A DNA stretch of 64,000 bases from Bacteroidales bacterium (GCA_050287785.1 JBNKCO010000003.1:31294-95293); one strand, 5' to 3'; shown: positions 10,158-19,911, counted from the first letter of the stretch. Notes: generated from the letters alone by a model not told the origin. Numbers and translations are program-made.

Positions 10158-10871
10158 ATGAAACGAGTTTACATTATAGTATTGTTGTTTTTTCCATTAC
10201 ACCTTTTTAGCCAGCAAGTTAGAGATGTAGTTTATCTTAAGAACCAAAGTATTATCAGAGGTAAAATTATTGAGCAAACAGGCGAGATTATAAAAATTAA
10301 AACCATAGGTAATAATATTTTTGCGTATTCTCCAAATGAGGTATTTAAAATTGAGTCGGAAAAATATGAAGAGGGTGGACTAAAGAAGAAAGGCTATTAC
10401 AACTATACTACCTTTGGAGCTTTAGTAGGGAATACTGAAAATGAAAGGAAAACAGCTTTTTCCTTTCTAATGGAACATAATTACCAGTTAAATCAAAACC
10501 TTGCAATTGGAGGTGTTGTGGGTATTGAGCTATTAAATGAAACAACTTTGCCGGTTGGATTAAATGTTAAGGGTATTTTTGAACTCTCAAAGGGAACTCA
10601 ACTATTTCTTGGAGCAACTGGAGGGTATTCCTTATCACTTGAGAAACCCTTAATTGAAAATTATACTGTTAAAGAAGCTTCTGGAGGTATTTTGGCAAAT
10701 TCTGAAGTTGGAATTATTTTTTCATCAGATAGAAGAGCTGGATTTGTGGTAGCAATTGGCTATAGATACAATACCTTAAATTATGTTAGAGAAGATTGGG
10801 TAATGCAAGAGGTTGAGCGAAAGATGATTTTCAATAGGTTATCCTTACGAATAGGAGTTGTTCTTTATTAA
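10158..10871 (+). CDS. Outer-membrane beta-barrel protein with small N-terminal beta domain
   Basis: Signal peptide; DVVYLKNQSIIRGKIIE N-terminal module; amphipathic strands; terminal LRIGVVLY. Confidence 0.7.
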   Translation: MKRVYIIVLLFFPLHLFSQQVRDVVYLKNQSIIRGKIIEQTGEIIKIKTIGNNIFAYSPNEVFKIESEKYEEGGLKKKGYYNYTTFGALVGNTENERKTAFSFLMEHNYQLNQNLAIGGVVGIELLNETTLPVGLNVKGIFELSKGTQLFLGATGGYSLSLEKPLIENYTVKEASGGILANSEVGIIFSSDRRAGFVVAIGYRYNTLNYVREDWVMQEVERKMIFNRLSLRIGVVLY

Positions 10872-11006
10872 AAAAAGAGTGGCAATTGAAATGCGTGCTA
10901 ACCATTAAGTTTATTTCTCTAAAGGAATAATTTTCTAATTAATAATATATTTTGTTTAGGAGTTGTTTTGTAGGAATGGGAATAATATAACATTTCAAAA
11001 AAATGC

Positions 11007-11042
11007 AAAAAACTACCCGGTAAGAATTTTCAAACCGGGTAG
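11007..11042 (-). terminator. Intrinsic terminator between convergent genes
   Basis: CTACCCGGT/ACCGGGTAG stem with an A-tract on its left (U-tract for the minus strand). Confidence 0.65.
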
Positions 11043-11067
11043 CAGTTCTCATCAAATAGAACTCCCA

Positions 11068-11991
11068 TTATTCACCACTACCTTTGATGAATAATCTTCT
11101 TCTGGTGTGATATCTTTTTCTTACTTTAATTTCTTTTTGTTCTCCGTTTCTGGATAAGATAGCAGCATCATCACATGTCCCATTGCCATAATCAATTGTT
11201 GAAGTTTCTCCATTTCTAACAATTTCAACAACACCCTGAACAATGGCGCGTCGATAATTAAAATCCTCACAACGGATTATCATTAATTTCTCTATAATTG
11301 TGTGAGAATATTCATAACCATCAAGATTTACTCCGCTACATCCACCAGTTATGTACCAAATATCATCCCTTGGATTTTCAGCTCTAACCCATTCTCTTGT
11401 TCTTTCTGCTTCTCTGGTATACTGTAATGTATCGTTGAAAATTATTTTGCCACCAACAAGTGTCATGTCAAATACAAGGTTACTATCCGCATTTAATCCA
11501 TTATTTGTTACAGTTCTTGTACCTTCTATTTTAATATCATTAATATAAAAGTCAACAAACTCAACTGTTCTTTCAGCTCCCTTAATGAACCACCTATTGG
11601 TTATGGTAATAATTATTTTACCTTTTCGGGTAAATAGTTCACCGTTTATGTCAATGGTGCATCCGTCGCCATAGTCAATTGTAATTACCTTTGGGAAGGT
11701 TGTTGAATCTGGATGATCAACAGTAACTGTTTTGCAAACATAAGGTTCGTCATCTACAGATTTCAATACTAAAGTTTCATAACCTGTTTTCTCAAGACTA
11801 TTTAATTCCTGATCAATTTCAGAATCAAGATTATTGTACATGTCATCAACAAAAGCATCATCTTCAGCCGATTCTATTTCCAAGTTAGTTATTAATGACG
11901 AGTCATCGGTTTTTACATTGTCACACGATGTGAAAACAAACATTCCAACCGCTACGGCTAGTGTTACTGAGGCTAAATTTTTTCTTCTCAT
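11068..11991 (-). CDS. Hypothetical Bacteroidota lipoprotein
   Basis: Lipobox FTSC followed by an acidic stretch; repeated TIDYGDGC / TIDYGNGTC motifs. Confidence 0.75.
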   Translation of the reverse strand: MRRKNLASVTLAVAVGMFVFTSCDNVKTDDSSLITNLEIESAEDDAFVDDMYNNLDSEIDQELNSLEKTGYETLVLKSVDDEPYVCKTVTVDHPDSTTFPKVITIDYGDGCTIDINGELFTRKGKIIITITNRWFIKGAERTVEFVDFYINDIKIEGTRTVTNNGLNADSNLVFDMTLVGGKIIFNDTLQYTREAERTREWVRAENPRDDIWYITGGCSGVNLDGYEYSHTIIEKLMIIRCEDFNYRRAIVQGVVEIVRNGETSTIDYGNGTCDDAAILSRNGEQKEIKVRKRYHTRRRLFIKGSGE

Positions 11992-12419
11992 AATCGTAAG
12001 TATTAATTTTGTATTAAATTGTTTTCGATGTTTATCATCTTTCTTTCGGGTTCTTTGATATCGAAACTTTAGAAAGGTTTAATTCGAGAAAGAAAAAAAT
12101 TAAGAAAAAAACACAAAGAGGGGGTTAATGGTTATATAATCAGGGTGTTGAGGTCGAATTAAATAATTCAAAAATTAATGTATTAATTGAAGCCATCAAA
12201 AATTTTTTATTTTTTTTAAGTTGAAAGCCATTTAGGGTATTGCTCAAATATGGGCTATTATATAACCCTTATCACAGCTTAAATTTATTCGACATTAACT
12301 AAAGTGTGAAAGATATATTTATTGCACAGTGAACCACATTGTGCTAAGCGTAGCCAATAAGATTAAGAATTATGTTGGTCAATTCAATAATTACTTGGGA
12401 ACAAACAACTAATAGTGAA

Positions 12420-12983
12420 TTACAACTTTTGCAGGATTATACCGTGACTACCCTTGATTGATACATAATTGCTTCTTTTAATATTATTCGATTCAGCAAT
12501 TCTAATGCTTTCCTCGAATTGTTCTATAGTTACATGTCCTCTGGGTTCTGCAAATAATATTTTGCTTCCAGTTTTTAAGGAATTGGAAATCTCTGAAAAC
12601 AAAACAGACTTATTTGGGATTTCATGCACAACAGCAAATAAGAATGCAAAATCAATCTGTTCGTTTAAATCCTCAATATTTAAAGAACTTTGAGAAGACA
12701 GTCTTGTCTCCAGATTCTCGAATACCTGTGCTCTAATAGCTCGATGTTCAAGTTTTTCCAGCATTTCAGATTGTATGTCTACGCAATATACTTTTCCTTT
12801 TTTACCAACCATTTTAGCAATAGGTAAACTAAAGAAGCCCAAGGCCGGTCCAATTTCCAGGACTTTCATTTCAGGGTGAACATATTTTTTCAATATTTTC
12901 TGAGGATTTTGAAATAGCTTCCTGATAGGACTTATCATTAATTTCCCCACCCATACGGGGCATACGTGTTGTTCTTGTTCCAT
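12420..12983 (-). CDS. Class I SAM-dependent methyltransferase
   Basis: VLEIGPALGFF motif I; VDIQxxML; VVHEI. Confidence 0.85.
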   Translation of the reverse strand: MEQEQHVCPVWVGKLMISPIRKLFQNPQKILKKYVHPEMKVLEIGPALGFFSLPIAKMVGKKGKVYCVDIQSEMLEKLEHRAIRAQVFENLETRLSSQSSLNIEDLNEQIDFAFLFAVVHEIPNKSVLFSEISNSLKTGSKILFAEPRGHVTIEQFEESIRIAESNNIKRSNYVSIKGSHGIILQKL

Positions 12984-13166
12984 GGTCTGATTTTTATATC
13001 AAATCTCAGAATAAAAAAACACTTGTAATACAGAAGTTTTGCAAGGGAAATAATTTAATAGGTGAGTGATGGGAAAACATAGGTAAATACAATTTCCTAT
13101 CTCTGGCAAATTTGTAATAAAGGAAACAAAAGTAGTTTATTTGAACATTTTTCTAAATGAATATAC

Positions 13167-13197
13167 TATATTTGTAATATATAAGTTACTTATATAT
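13167..13197 (+). promoter_or_regulatory. -7 promoter plus palindromic operator of the PadR operon
   Basis: TATATTTG (13167-13174) followed by ATATATAAGT-T-ACTTATATAT (13177-13197, perfect 10-bp arms). Confidence 0.65.
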
Positions 13198-13230
13198 GTC
13201 AAGTAATAATTGTTTCAATCAATTTGAAAT

Positions 13231-13590
13231 ATGAAAAAGAAAATTTCAAAGGAATTATTAAAAGGATCGCTCAAGCCGATAATTCTTAAATTATTAAAGG
13301 AGAATGGGCGGATGTATGGATACGAAATAACCCAAAAGGTAGATGATTTGAGTAAAGGCAAGATAAATCTGACTTTTGGTGCATTATATCCAATATTACA
13401 TAAATTGGAAAACGAGGGAATTGTTTTTACTGAAAAGGAAAACGTAAACAATCGAACCCGTGTATACTATAATCTTACCGACAAAGGTAAAGCCAGAACA
13501 GTAGAAATTATCGATGAACTTGAAGAGTTTATTGTGACGCTAAAAATATTTTTAACGCCTAATCCAACAGCTGGAATATGCACTACCTAA
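13231..13590 (+). CDS. PadR family transcriptional regulator
   Basis: ELLKGSLKPIIL, MYGYEI, GALYPILHKLE, RVYYNLTDKG. Confidence 0.93.
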   Translation: MKKKISKELLKGSLKPIILKLLKENGRMYGYEITQKVDDLSKGKINLTFGALYPILHKLENEGIVFTEKENVNNRTRVYYNLTDKGKARTVEIIDELEEFIVTLKIFLTPNPTAGICTT

Positions 13591-14792
13591 ATAATTCGAA
13601 TATTGAGCAGTTGTCAGATCATCTGAAATCAGAGGAGATAAACTATTCTCACTTGTTTGATGATTTACTCGATCATTTGTGTTGTGAAGTAGAAAGTAAA
13701 ATGGAGGGTGGACTCGATTTCACTTCCGCATTTAATTCAATAAAACATACTATAGGAAACAATGGACTAAAGGATATTCAGGATGCAACAATCTTTTATG
13801 TCAAATTAAATCTTTTAGTTATGAAAAAAACAATTAAAATTTTGGGGATAACAGCCTCAATACTTATGATCGTAGGTTTATTGTTTAAAACCATGCATTG
13901 GCCTGGTGCTAATTTGTTAATTGCAGTTGGTACCCTAATATTGTTAGCCGGGTTTACACCCTTTGCTTTATTTAGCTTAAAGCGAGATGATAATTTAAAA
14001 CTGTTTTCCGGAAAATTCATATTGTATTTCCTGGGATTTATATGTTTGTTTGAAACAGGACTTGCTTTATTATTTAAGTTTAATAATTGGGCTGGAGGAT
14101 CGGCCTTGGTATTACTTTCATGGGTTCTGATAATGGTAGTTCTATTTCCGTTAATTTTTGTATACATTTTAAAATTCTCGCAAAAGAAGCTAATACCGTT
14201 AACATTATTGCTCTTTTCATTTTTATTATTCGGAATGACCACGACTTATTCTTTTAACAGGAAAGTCTTTAAGGGGAATATTTATCGCTATACTGTAACA
14301 GACTTAAACGAAGAAATATCATACTATTCTTATAAAGCAAAGAAACTTGAGCAGAACATTCAAGAACTAGATAACAAGTCATCTAGTTTAAGCAATAAAC
14401 TTAATTCAAATATTCATGAACTTGATAAATTGATGGAAGAGCTTCTTGGAGAAGCTGAAAGCATTTCTGAGATTAATTCAAAATATATCAAAACCAGGAA
14501 CGACATTGAAAAATATTATAATCAATTGAAAGAGTTAAGTGGTGGGGTGCAAAGTTATGCAGCTGATGCTGTAGCTATAGTTAATGATCCCATGTTTACT
14601 GAATTAGTCGAGCAAAAATTAATGGCTTTTAAAACAGATTCAGGCAGCATGCACTATTTAGGGTGGTTCAACCTTAATTTTATTCAAGCTGGGTGCGTTG
14701 ATAGTTACAACAACTTAAACAGAATTAAAAAGGATTTGTTGCAGGTACACTGTGAAGTTCTCCAACATTTAAAAGACCAAAAGAAATCCTGA
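13578..14792 (+). CDS. Membrane protein: N-terminal helical domain, two GldL-like TM hairpins, GldM-like TM helix and periplasmic helical domain
   Basis: GLLFKTMHWPGANLL and ALLFKFNNWAGGSAL (GldL-like); QKKLIPLTLLLF and W-x4-F-x5-V-x5-L-x2-I-x2-D-x6-EVL (GldM/PorM-like); overlaps padR by 13 bp. Confidence 0.7.
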   Translation: MHYLNNSNIEQLSDHLKSEEINYSHLFDDLLDHLCCEVESKMEGGLDFTSAFNSIKHTIGNNGLKDIQDATIFYVKLNLLVMKKTIKILGITASILMIVGLLFKTMHWPGANLLIAVGTLILLAGFTPFALFSLKRDDNLKLFSGKFILYFLGFICLFETGLALLFKFNNWAGGSALVLLSWVLIMVVLFPLIFVYILKFSQKKLIPLTLLLFSFLLFGMTTTYSFNRKVFKGNIYRYTVTDLNEEISYYSYKAKKLEQNIQELDNKSSSLSNKLNSNIHELDKLMEELLGEAESISEINSKYIKTRNDIEKYYNQLKELSGGVQSYAADAVAIVNDPMFTELVEQKLMAFKTDSGSMHYLGWFNLNFIQAGCVDSYNNLNRIKKDLLQVHCEVLQHLKDQKKS

Positions 14793-14819
14793 ATATCGGT
14801 TCAAAAGTTTTCGGAACCA

Positions 14820-14853
14820 AAAGAGGCGACTGTTGCGGTCGCCTCTTTATTTT
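14820..14853 (+). terminator. Intrinsic terminator of the PadR operon
   Basis: AAAGAGGCGAC/GTCGCCTCTTT stem followed by a T-rich tail. Confidence 0.8.
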
Positions 14854-14863
14854 CAAACTATAA

Positions 14864-14900
14864 CCTACATAGATTATTCCTACATAGATTATTCCTGCAT
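14864..14900. repeat. 15-bp tandem repeat (2 full copies plus a partial)
   Basis: CCTACATAGATTATT at 14864 and 14879, then CCTGCAT. Confidence 0.85.
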
Positions 14901-15227
14901 GAATTAGAGATCTGGCAAGAGAAGTTTATTTTAGCCTACAAATAGATTCAATTCAAAAGCTTTATAGTTTTAAGATAGGAGAAAGGTTATAGCAATTGTT
15001 TTTTTAGATAAGCTACTCATCAAAGAATGTACTTAAGGGTAAAGTGTTTCTGATCTGAACTAATATTGTTTTGTCTTGTTAATCACTTGTTTAAGATTGT
15101 GGTAGTAAAAGGTTTTAAGAATCTGTTCGGAAAAGAATACTTTATTTCAGTAAAATAAAAAGCATACATTTAGAGTTTTTCTCAGTGGATACACTTCTTG
15201 AATATTTAACTCATGCAATTTAGAGAC

Positions 15228-15268
15228 TTACATTCATGGGATGAGTGTAAAAGTTTTTTCTAATTTTG
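15228..15268 (+). promoter_or_regulatory. Inverted repeat and -7 promoter upstream of the acyl-synthetase fusion
   Basis: TTACATTCAT-GGG-ATGAGTGTAA (one mismatch), then TAATTTTG at 15261-15268. Confidence 0.45.
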
Positions 15269-15286
15269 CAGCATATAGATTAATTT

Positions 15287-17755
15287 ATGATACAGGGTAA
15301 AGGAGAAAAGGTAGCGATTATTGCAGAGGAGGCGAAAATTACCTATAATGAGCTAGAAAAGAACATTCTTGCATACTCAGAAATATTTAAGGATTTAACG
15401 AATAAGCGTGTAGCTATATTATCAGAGAATCGTTTAGAGTGGGTATATGCATTCTATGCTTCATGGAACAATAATAATGTTCCAGTGCCCATAGATTTTA
15501 TGTCTGGAATAGATGATATTGCTTTTATACTTGATGATTCAAAGCCTGAAGTTATATTCTGTTCTGAAGATAGGAGAAAAACATTACTTGAAGCTCTTAA
15601 GCTTGTTAAATACGAACCAAGAATATTTGTATTTGAAGATATAGAAGAGCCAAAAGAAGTGTCTGGCAAATTAGATTTTAAAGTTGATATAGATAAAACG
15701 GCGGTTATAATATATACCAGTGGTACAACCGGTAGTCCGAAAGGAGTTATGCTAAGTTTTGATAACCTGATAGTCAATATCGAAGGAGTTACAACTCAGG
15801 TTGAGATCTATAAAGAAAAAGATGTTACCATGATGCTTTTACCAATGCATCATATTTTCCCTTTATTAGGCTCAATGATAATTCCTTTATACATAGGGGG
15901 TACAATAGCAATGTCTCCTTCTTTAAGTGCTGACGATATTATCCGAACATTGCAGGCAAATAAGGTTTCAATAATTATTGGTGTTCCACGTTTATACAGC
16001 CTTATTCGTAAAGGTATTGTTGATAAAATAAACCGAAGCGGAGTAGGAAAGAAATTATTCAAATTAGCTAAAGTTCTTCAGTCACATAGGTTTTCAAAAT
16101 TTGTTTTTAAAGCTGTACATAAGAAGTTTGGGGGTGCAGTTCAATTTATGATTAGTGGTGGAGCTGCTCTTGATCCTGAAGTTGCTGTTGATTATCAAGC
16201 ACTTGGTTTTGATATTCTTGAAGGCTATGGAATGACTGAAGCTGCTCCTATGATAACTTTTACACGTCCACGTGAATTTAAAGTTGGTTCTGCAGGTAGA
16301 GTTTTGCCGGGTTGTACCGTAGAAATAAGAGATGGAGAGATAGTTGCATCTGGTAGAAATATTATGCAAGGCTATTTTAATCGTGAAGATGAAACCAGAG
16401 AAGTACTAAAAGATGGATGGTTACATTCAGGCGATTTGGGCTATCTTGATAAAAAAGGATGCTTATTTATTACTGGACGTAAAAAGGAAATAATTGTTCT
16501 TTCAAACGGGAAGAATGTAAATCCGTCTGAGATAGAAGATAAGCTTGAAAAAGCTGCACCATTTGTAAAAGAGGTTGGTGTATTTATGAAAAACGATAAG
16601 TTAAATGTTGTCATTGTTCCAGACCTTCAATTAATGAAAGCCAATGGAATTACAGATATTGAAACATACTTGCGGAAAGAAGTAATCAACAAATATAACG
16701 ATAGAGCATCGATTTCAAAAAAGCTTTTAAAACTTACAATAACAAATGAAGAATTGCCAAGAACAAGGCTTAGTAAGCTTCAGCGATTTAAATTAGTGGA
16801 GTTTGCCGATAATGTAAAGGATAATCCTAAGGTTGAAGAAGTAAAAGTCGAAGGATTTAAGGAAATGACAACCATTATTGGTTTTCTTGAAGAGCAAACA
16901 AATTCGGATGTTCTTCCATTGGACAGGCTTGCAGATGATCTTGGTCTCGACTCACTCTCAAGAATTTCATTAATTGTTTATGTTGAAAACACCTTTGGAG
17001 TAGAAATACCTGAAGAGGAACTTTCGAAGTATGAAACAGTTTTGCAGCTAAGTGAGTATGTACGAAGCAAAATGACAAGAATGACTCCTGAGGCAATTAA
17101 CTGGACAAAAATACTTAAAGAAAAAGTTCATATTAATTTGCCAAAAGCTGGATTTTCATTCAGTGTATTCAATTTTTCATACAAAACCCTGTTTCGGTCA
17201 TTTTTTAGATTAAGAGAAGAAGGAAGAAAAAACATACCTGTTGGTCCATGTATTATAGCCCCTAATCATCAGAGCTTTTTAGATGGGTTTTTAGTAGCAT
17301 CCCTATTAAAAAGGAAGACAATGAAAGTAACATACATTTACGCAAAGGAAAAACATTGGCGTAGGTGGTGGCAAAGATTTCTGGCCCGCAAGAATAATAT
17401 TATTCTTATGGATATAAATAAAGACTTAAAATTATCCATACAAAAGATGGCAGCGGTATTGGAGAAAGGGAAAAACTTGATTATTTTCCCTGAAGGAACC
17501 CGTTCTGAAGATGGTAGCCTGGGGGAATTCAAGAAAACTTTTGCAATTCTTTCGAAAGAATTGAATGTTCCCGTAGTTCCGGTTTCTATTCAAGGAGCTA
17601 ACAAAGCCATGCCTGTTGGCTCAAAGTTTCCAAAACTATTCAAGAAGGTATCAATTAAATTTTACGAACCGGTTTATCCAAAGAATATTGCTACCAATGC
17701 AATAGCAGAAAAGGTGCAGAGTATTCTTACTGAGCAATTGGGTGCTAGTGCATAG
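15287..17755 (+). CDS. Trifunctional AMP-dependent acyl synthetase / acyl carrier domain / PlsC-type acyltransferase
   Basis: YTSGTTGSPKG, GYGMTE, SGDLG; DDLGLDSL phosphopantetheine site; NHQSFLD and FPEGTRS. Confidence 0.9.
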   Translation: MIQGKGEKVAIIAEEAKITYNELEKNILAYSEIFKDLTNKRVAILSENRLEWVYAFYASWNNNNVPVPIDFMSGIDDIAFILDDSKPEVIFCSEDRRKTLLEALKLVKYEPRIFVFEDIEEPKEVSGKLDFKVDIDKTAVIIYTSGTTGSPKGVMLSFDNLIVNIEGVTTQVEIYKEKDVTMMLLPMHHIFPLLGSMIIPLYIGGTIAMSPSLSADDIIRTLQANKVSIIIGVPRLYSLIRKGIVDKINRSGVGKKLFKLAKVLQSHRFSKFVFKAVHKKFGGAVQFMISGGAALDPEVAVDYQALGFDILEGYGMTEAAPMITFTRPREFKVGSAGRVLPGCTVEIRDGEIVASGRNIMQGYFNREDETREVLKDGWLHSGDLGYLDKKGCLFITGRKKEIIVLSNGKNVNPSEIEDKLEKAAPFVKEVGVFMKNDKLNVVIVPDLQLMKANGITDIETYLRKEVINKYNDRASISKKLLKLTITNEELPRTRLSKLQRFKLVEFADNVKDNPKVEEVKVEGFKEMTTIIGFLEEQTNSDVLPLDRLADDLGLDSLSRISLIVYVENTFGVEIPEEELSKYETVLQLSEYVRSKMTRMTPEAINWTKILKEKVHINLPKAGFSFSVFNFSYKTLFRSFFRLREEGRKNIPVGPCIIAPNHQSFLDGFLVASLLKRKTMKVTYIYAKEKHWRRWWQRFLARKNNIILMDINKDLKLSIQKMAAVLEKGKNLIIFPEGTRSEDGSLGEFKKTFAILSKELNVPVVPVSIQGANKAMPVGSKFPKLFKKVSIKFYEPVYPKNIATNAIAEKVQSILTEQLGASA

Positions 17756-17817
17756 CAAATGAAATTATTCTAATAAGTTTATCGATTAAGACAATACAGA
17801 ACATCATTCAAGAACAC

Positions 17818-17850
17818 AAAAAAACCCTTCTCAATTTGGGAAGGGTTCTA
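17818..17850. terminator. Terminator between convergent genes
   Basis: AACCCTTC/GAAGGGTT stem preceded by an A-tract. Confidence 0.65.
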
Positions 17851-17874
17851 TATAGCTTTTGATATTTGTTATTG

Positions 17875-18735
17875 TTATCCTAAATAATTTTTTAACAGCT
17901 TGCTTTTGGCTCTTTGGCGCAAATGCTTGATTGCTTTTTCTTTAATTTGTCTGGTTCTTTCTCGGGAAATTCCAATTGAATCTCCAATTTCTTCAAGAGA
18001 CATTGGTTTCTTGCCAATTCCATAAAAGGAGCGAATTACTTTACGTTCTTTTTCAGGAAGTGTATTTAAAGTTCTTTCAATTTCTTGTTTAAGCGACTCT
18101 TCCATTAAAGACTGATCTGTACTTGGATTTTCAGGATTAGATAAAACATCTAATAAATTATTATCCTCACCTTCCTGGAATGGTGCATCAACTGACATAT
18201 GTCTGCCAGAGAGTTCCATAGTGCTATAGACTTTTTCTTTAGGAAGATCCAATGCATCGGCCAATTCATCAGCAGAGGGCTCGCGTTCGTGTTCTTGCTC
18301 TAATTGACTAAACGTACGATTCATTTTATTCAGAGCACCAATTTTATTAAGTGGCAAACGAACTATTCTGGATTGCTCAGCAAGAGCTTGTAAAATACAT
18401 TGTCTGATCCACCAAACGGCATAGGATATGAATTTGAAACCTTTAGTTTCGTCAAATTTTTGAGCGGCCTTAATAAGTCCTAGATTACCTTCGTTAATTA
18501 GATCGGGCAAGCTTAGGCCCTGATGTTGATATTGTTTTGCAACCGAAACAACAAACCTTAAATTTGCCTTAGTAAGCTTTTCTAAAGCCACCTGATCTCC
18601 CTTCTTTATTCTGCGGGCCAGATCAACTTCCTCCTCAGGTGTAATAAGCTCTTCTTTTCCTATATCATGAAGATATTTTTCAAGTGAATCGCTATTACGG
18701 TTTGTAATCGATTTTGTAATTTTTAATTGCCTCAT
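17875..18735 (-). CDS. RNA polymerase sigma factor, RpoD/SigA family (short Bacteroidota type)
   Basis: [38 protein letters not shown], region 4 RERxRQIKEKA; 286 aa, no region 1.1. Confidence 0.93.
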   Translation of the reverse strand: MRQLKITKSITNRNSDSLEKYLHDIGKEELITPEEEVDLARRIKKGDQVALEKLTKANLRFVVSVAKQYQHQGLSLPDLINEGNLGLIKAAQKFDETKGFKFISYAVWWIRQCILQALAEQSRIVRLPLNKIGALNKMNRTFSQLEQEHEREPSADELADALDLPKEKVYSTMELSGRHMSVDAPFQEGEDNNLLDVLSNPENPSTDQSLMEESLKQEIERTLNTLPEKERKVIRSFYGIGKKPMSLEEIGDSIGISRERTRQIKEKAIKHLRQRAKSKLLKNYLG

Positions 18736-18981
18736 AATACGAATAGAAATTTATCAAACTACCATATACAAACAACACGCAATATACATAATTGTTTCCT
18801 AGGTGGTCAATCATTATACGCGAATAATTAGGTAAAAGTACATATGACTGGCAAAATTAACATTTTTTAATACGCAATTCAAGTATTTATGATAGTTCTT
18901 TGGGCTAATGCAGTGCAGATCTTCAATTAATATGTTCTTGCTAATTGTACAAAAAGTAGTTTCTTTATATGTTTTTTCATT

Positions 18982-19911
18982 ATGAGTAAGGAAAAGAATA
19001 CTTTTATTTATGTATTTCTGGTAGTCTCTATGATTTTCTGGGGACTAAGTTTTATTTGGTATAAGCAGGCATTGGAGCATTTTAGACCAATAACGGTAGC
19101 GTTTTTAAGGCTGCTTATTTCAGTACCACTACTCATATTTGCATCTCTTCAATTAAAGCGACTTAAGAAAATTAAGAAAGAGGATGTCTTTGTTTTTTTT
19201 GTTTTGGGATTCTTTGAACCATTTTTATATTCAATAGGAGAAAGCTATGGAATGTTGTATGTTTCTTCTACGGTAGCATCTATCTTTATTGCAACTATTC
19301 CGATTTTCACTTTTATTGTAGCCAACATTTTTCTAAATGAAAAACTTACTATCAAGAATTACATTGGAATGATGATCTCCTTTCTTGGAGTAGTTTGTGT
19401 AGTTTTTTCTGAATACGATGGAATTTACGCAACAGGGAAGGGAATAGCTTTGTTGATTATTCCTGTATCAGCAGCAGTTATCTATGGATTTGTTATAAAA
19501 AAGGTTTCTGCAAAATATAGCCCTCTTTCGATAGTTACATACCAGAATTTAATAGCATGCATTTTTTTTATTCCTGTATTTTTTATTGTTGATTTTAAGT
19601 CATTCGATATTTCTCAATTAACTTTCAGGATGTTTGTTCCAGTAGCATTATTAGCTGTGTTTGCATCTACAATTGCATATATAGGATTAGTGCAGGGAAT
19701 TAGAGCCTTGGGTGTTGCAAAGGCTACTGTATTTGCCAATTTCATTCCGGTTTTTACAGCAATTTTTGCTTTCTTTATTCTAAAGGAAGATCTGAATCTC
19801 TTGAAAGTAGTAGGGATAATTATTGCAGTAGCTGGCTTGATATTAACTCAAAAATCAAAGAAAGATTCAGCAACAGACCAAGAAAATATTGTCGTTAATG
19901 AGCTATACTAA
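18982..19911 (+). CDS. DMT/EamA family transporter
   Basis: About 10 TM helices in two repeats; FWGLSF, LNEKLT, PVFTAIFAFFILKE. Confidence 0.9.
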   Translation: MSKEKNTFIYVFLVVSMIFWGLSFIWYKQALEHFRPITVAFLRLLISVPLLIFASLQLKRLKKIKKEDVFVFFVLGFFEPFLYSIGESYGMLYVSSTVASIFIATIPIFTFIVANIFLNEKLTIKNYIGMMISFLGVVCVVFSEYDGIYATGKGIALLIIPVSAAVIYGFVIKKVSAKYSPLSIVTYQNLIACIFFIPVFFIVDFKSFDISQLTFRMFVPVALLAVFASTIAYIGLVQGIRALGVAKATVFANFIPVFTAIFAFFILKEDLNLLKVVGIIIAVAGLILTQKSKKDSATDQENIVVNELY

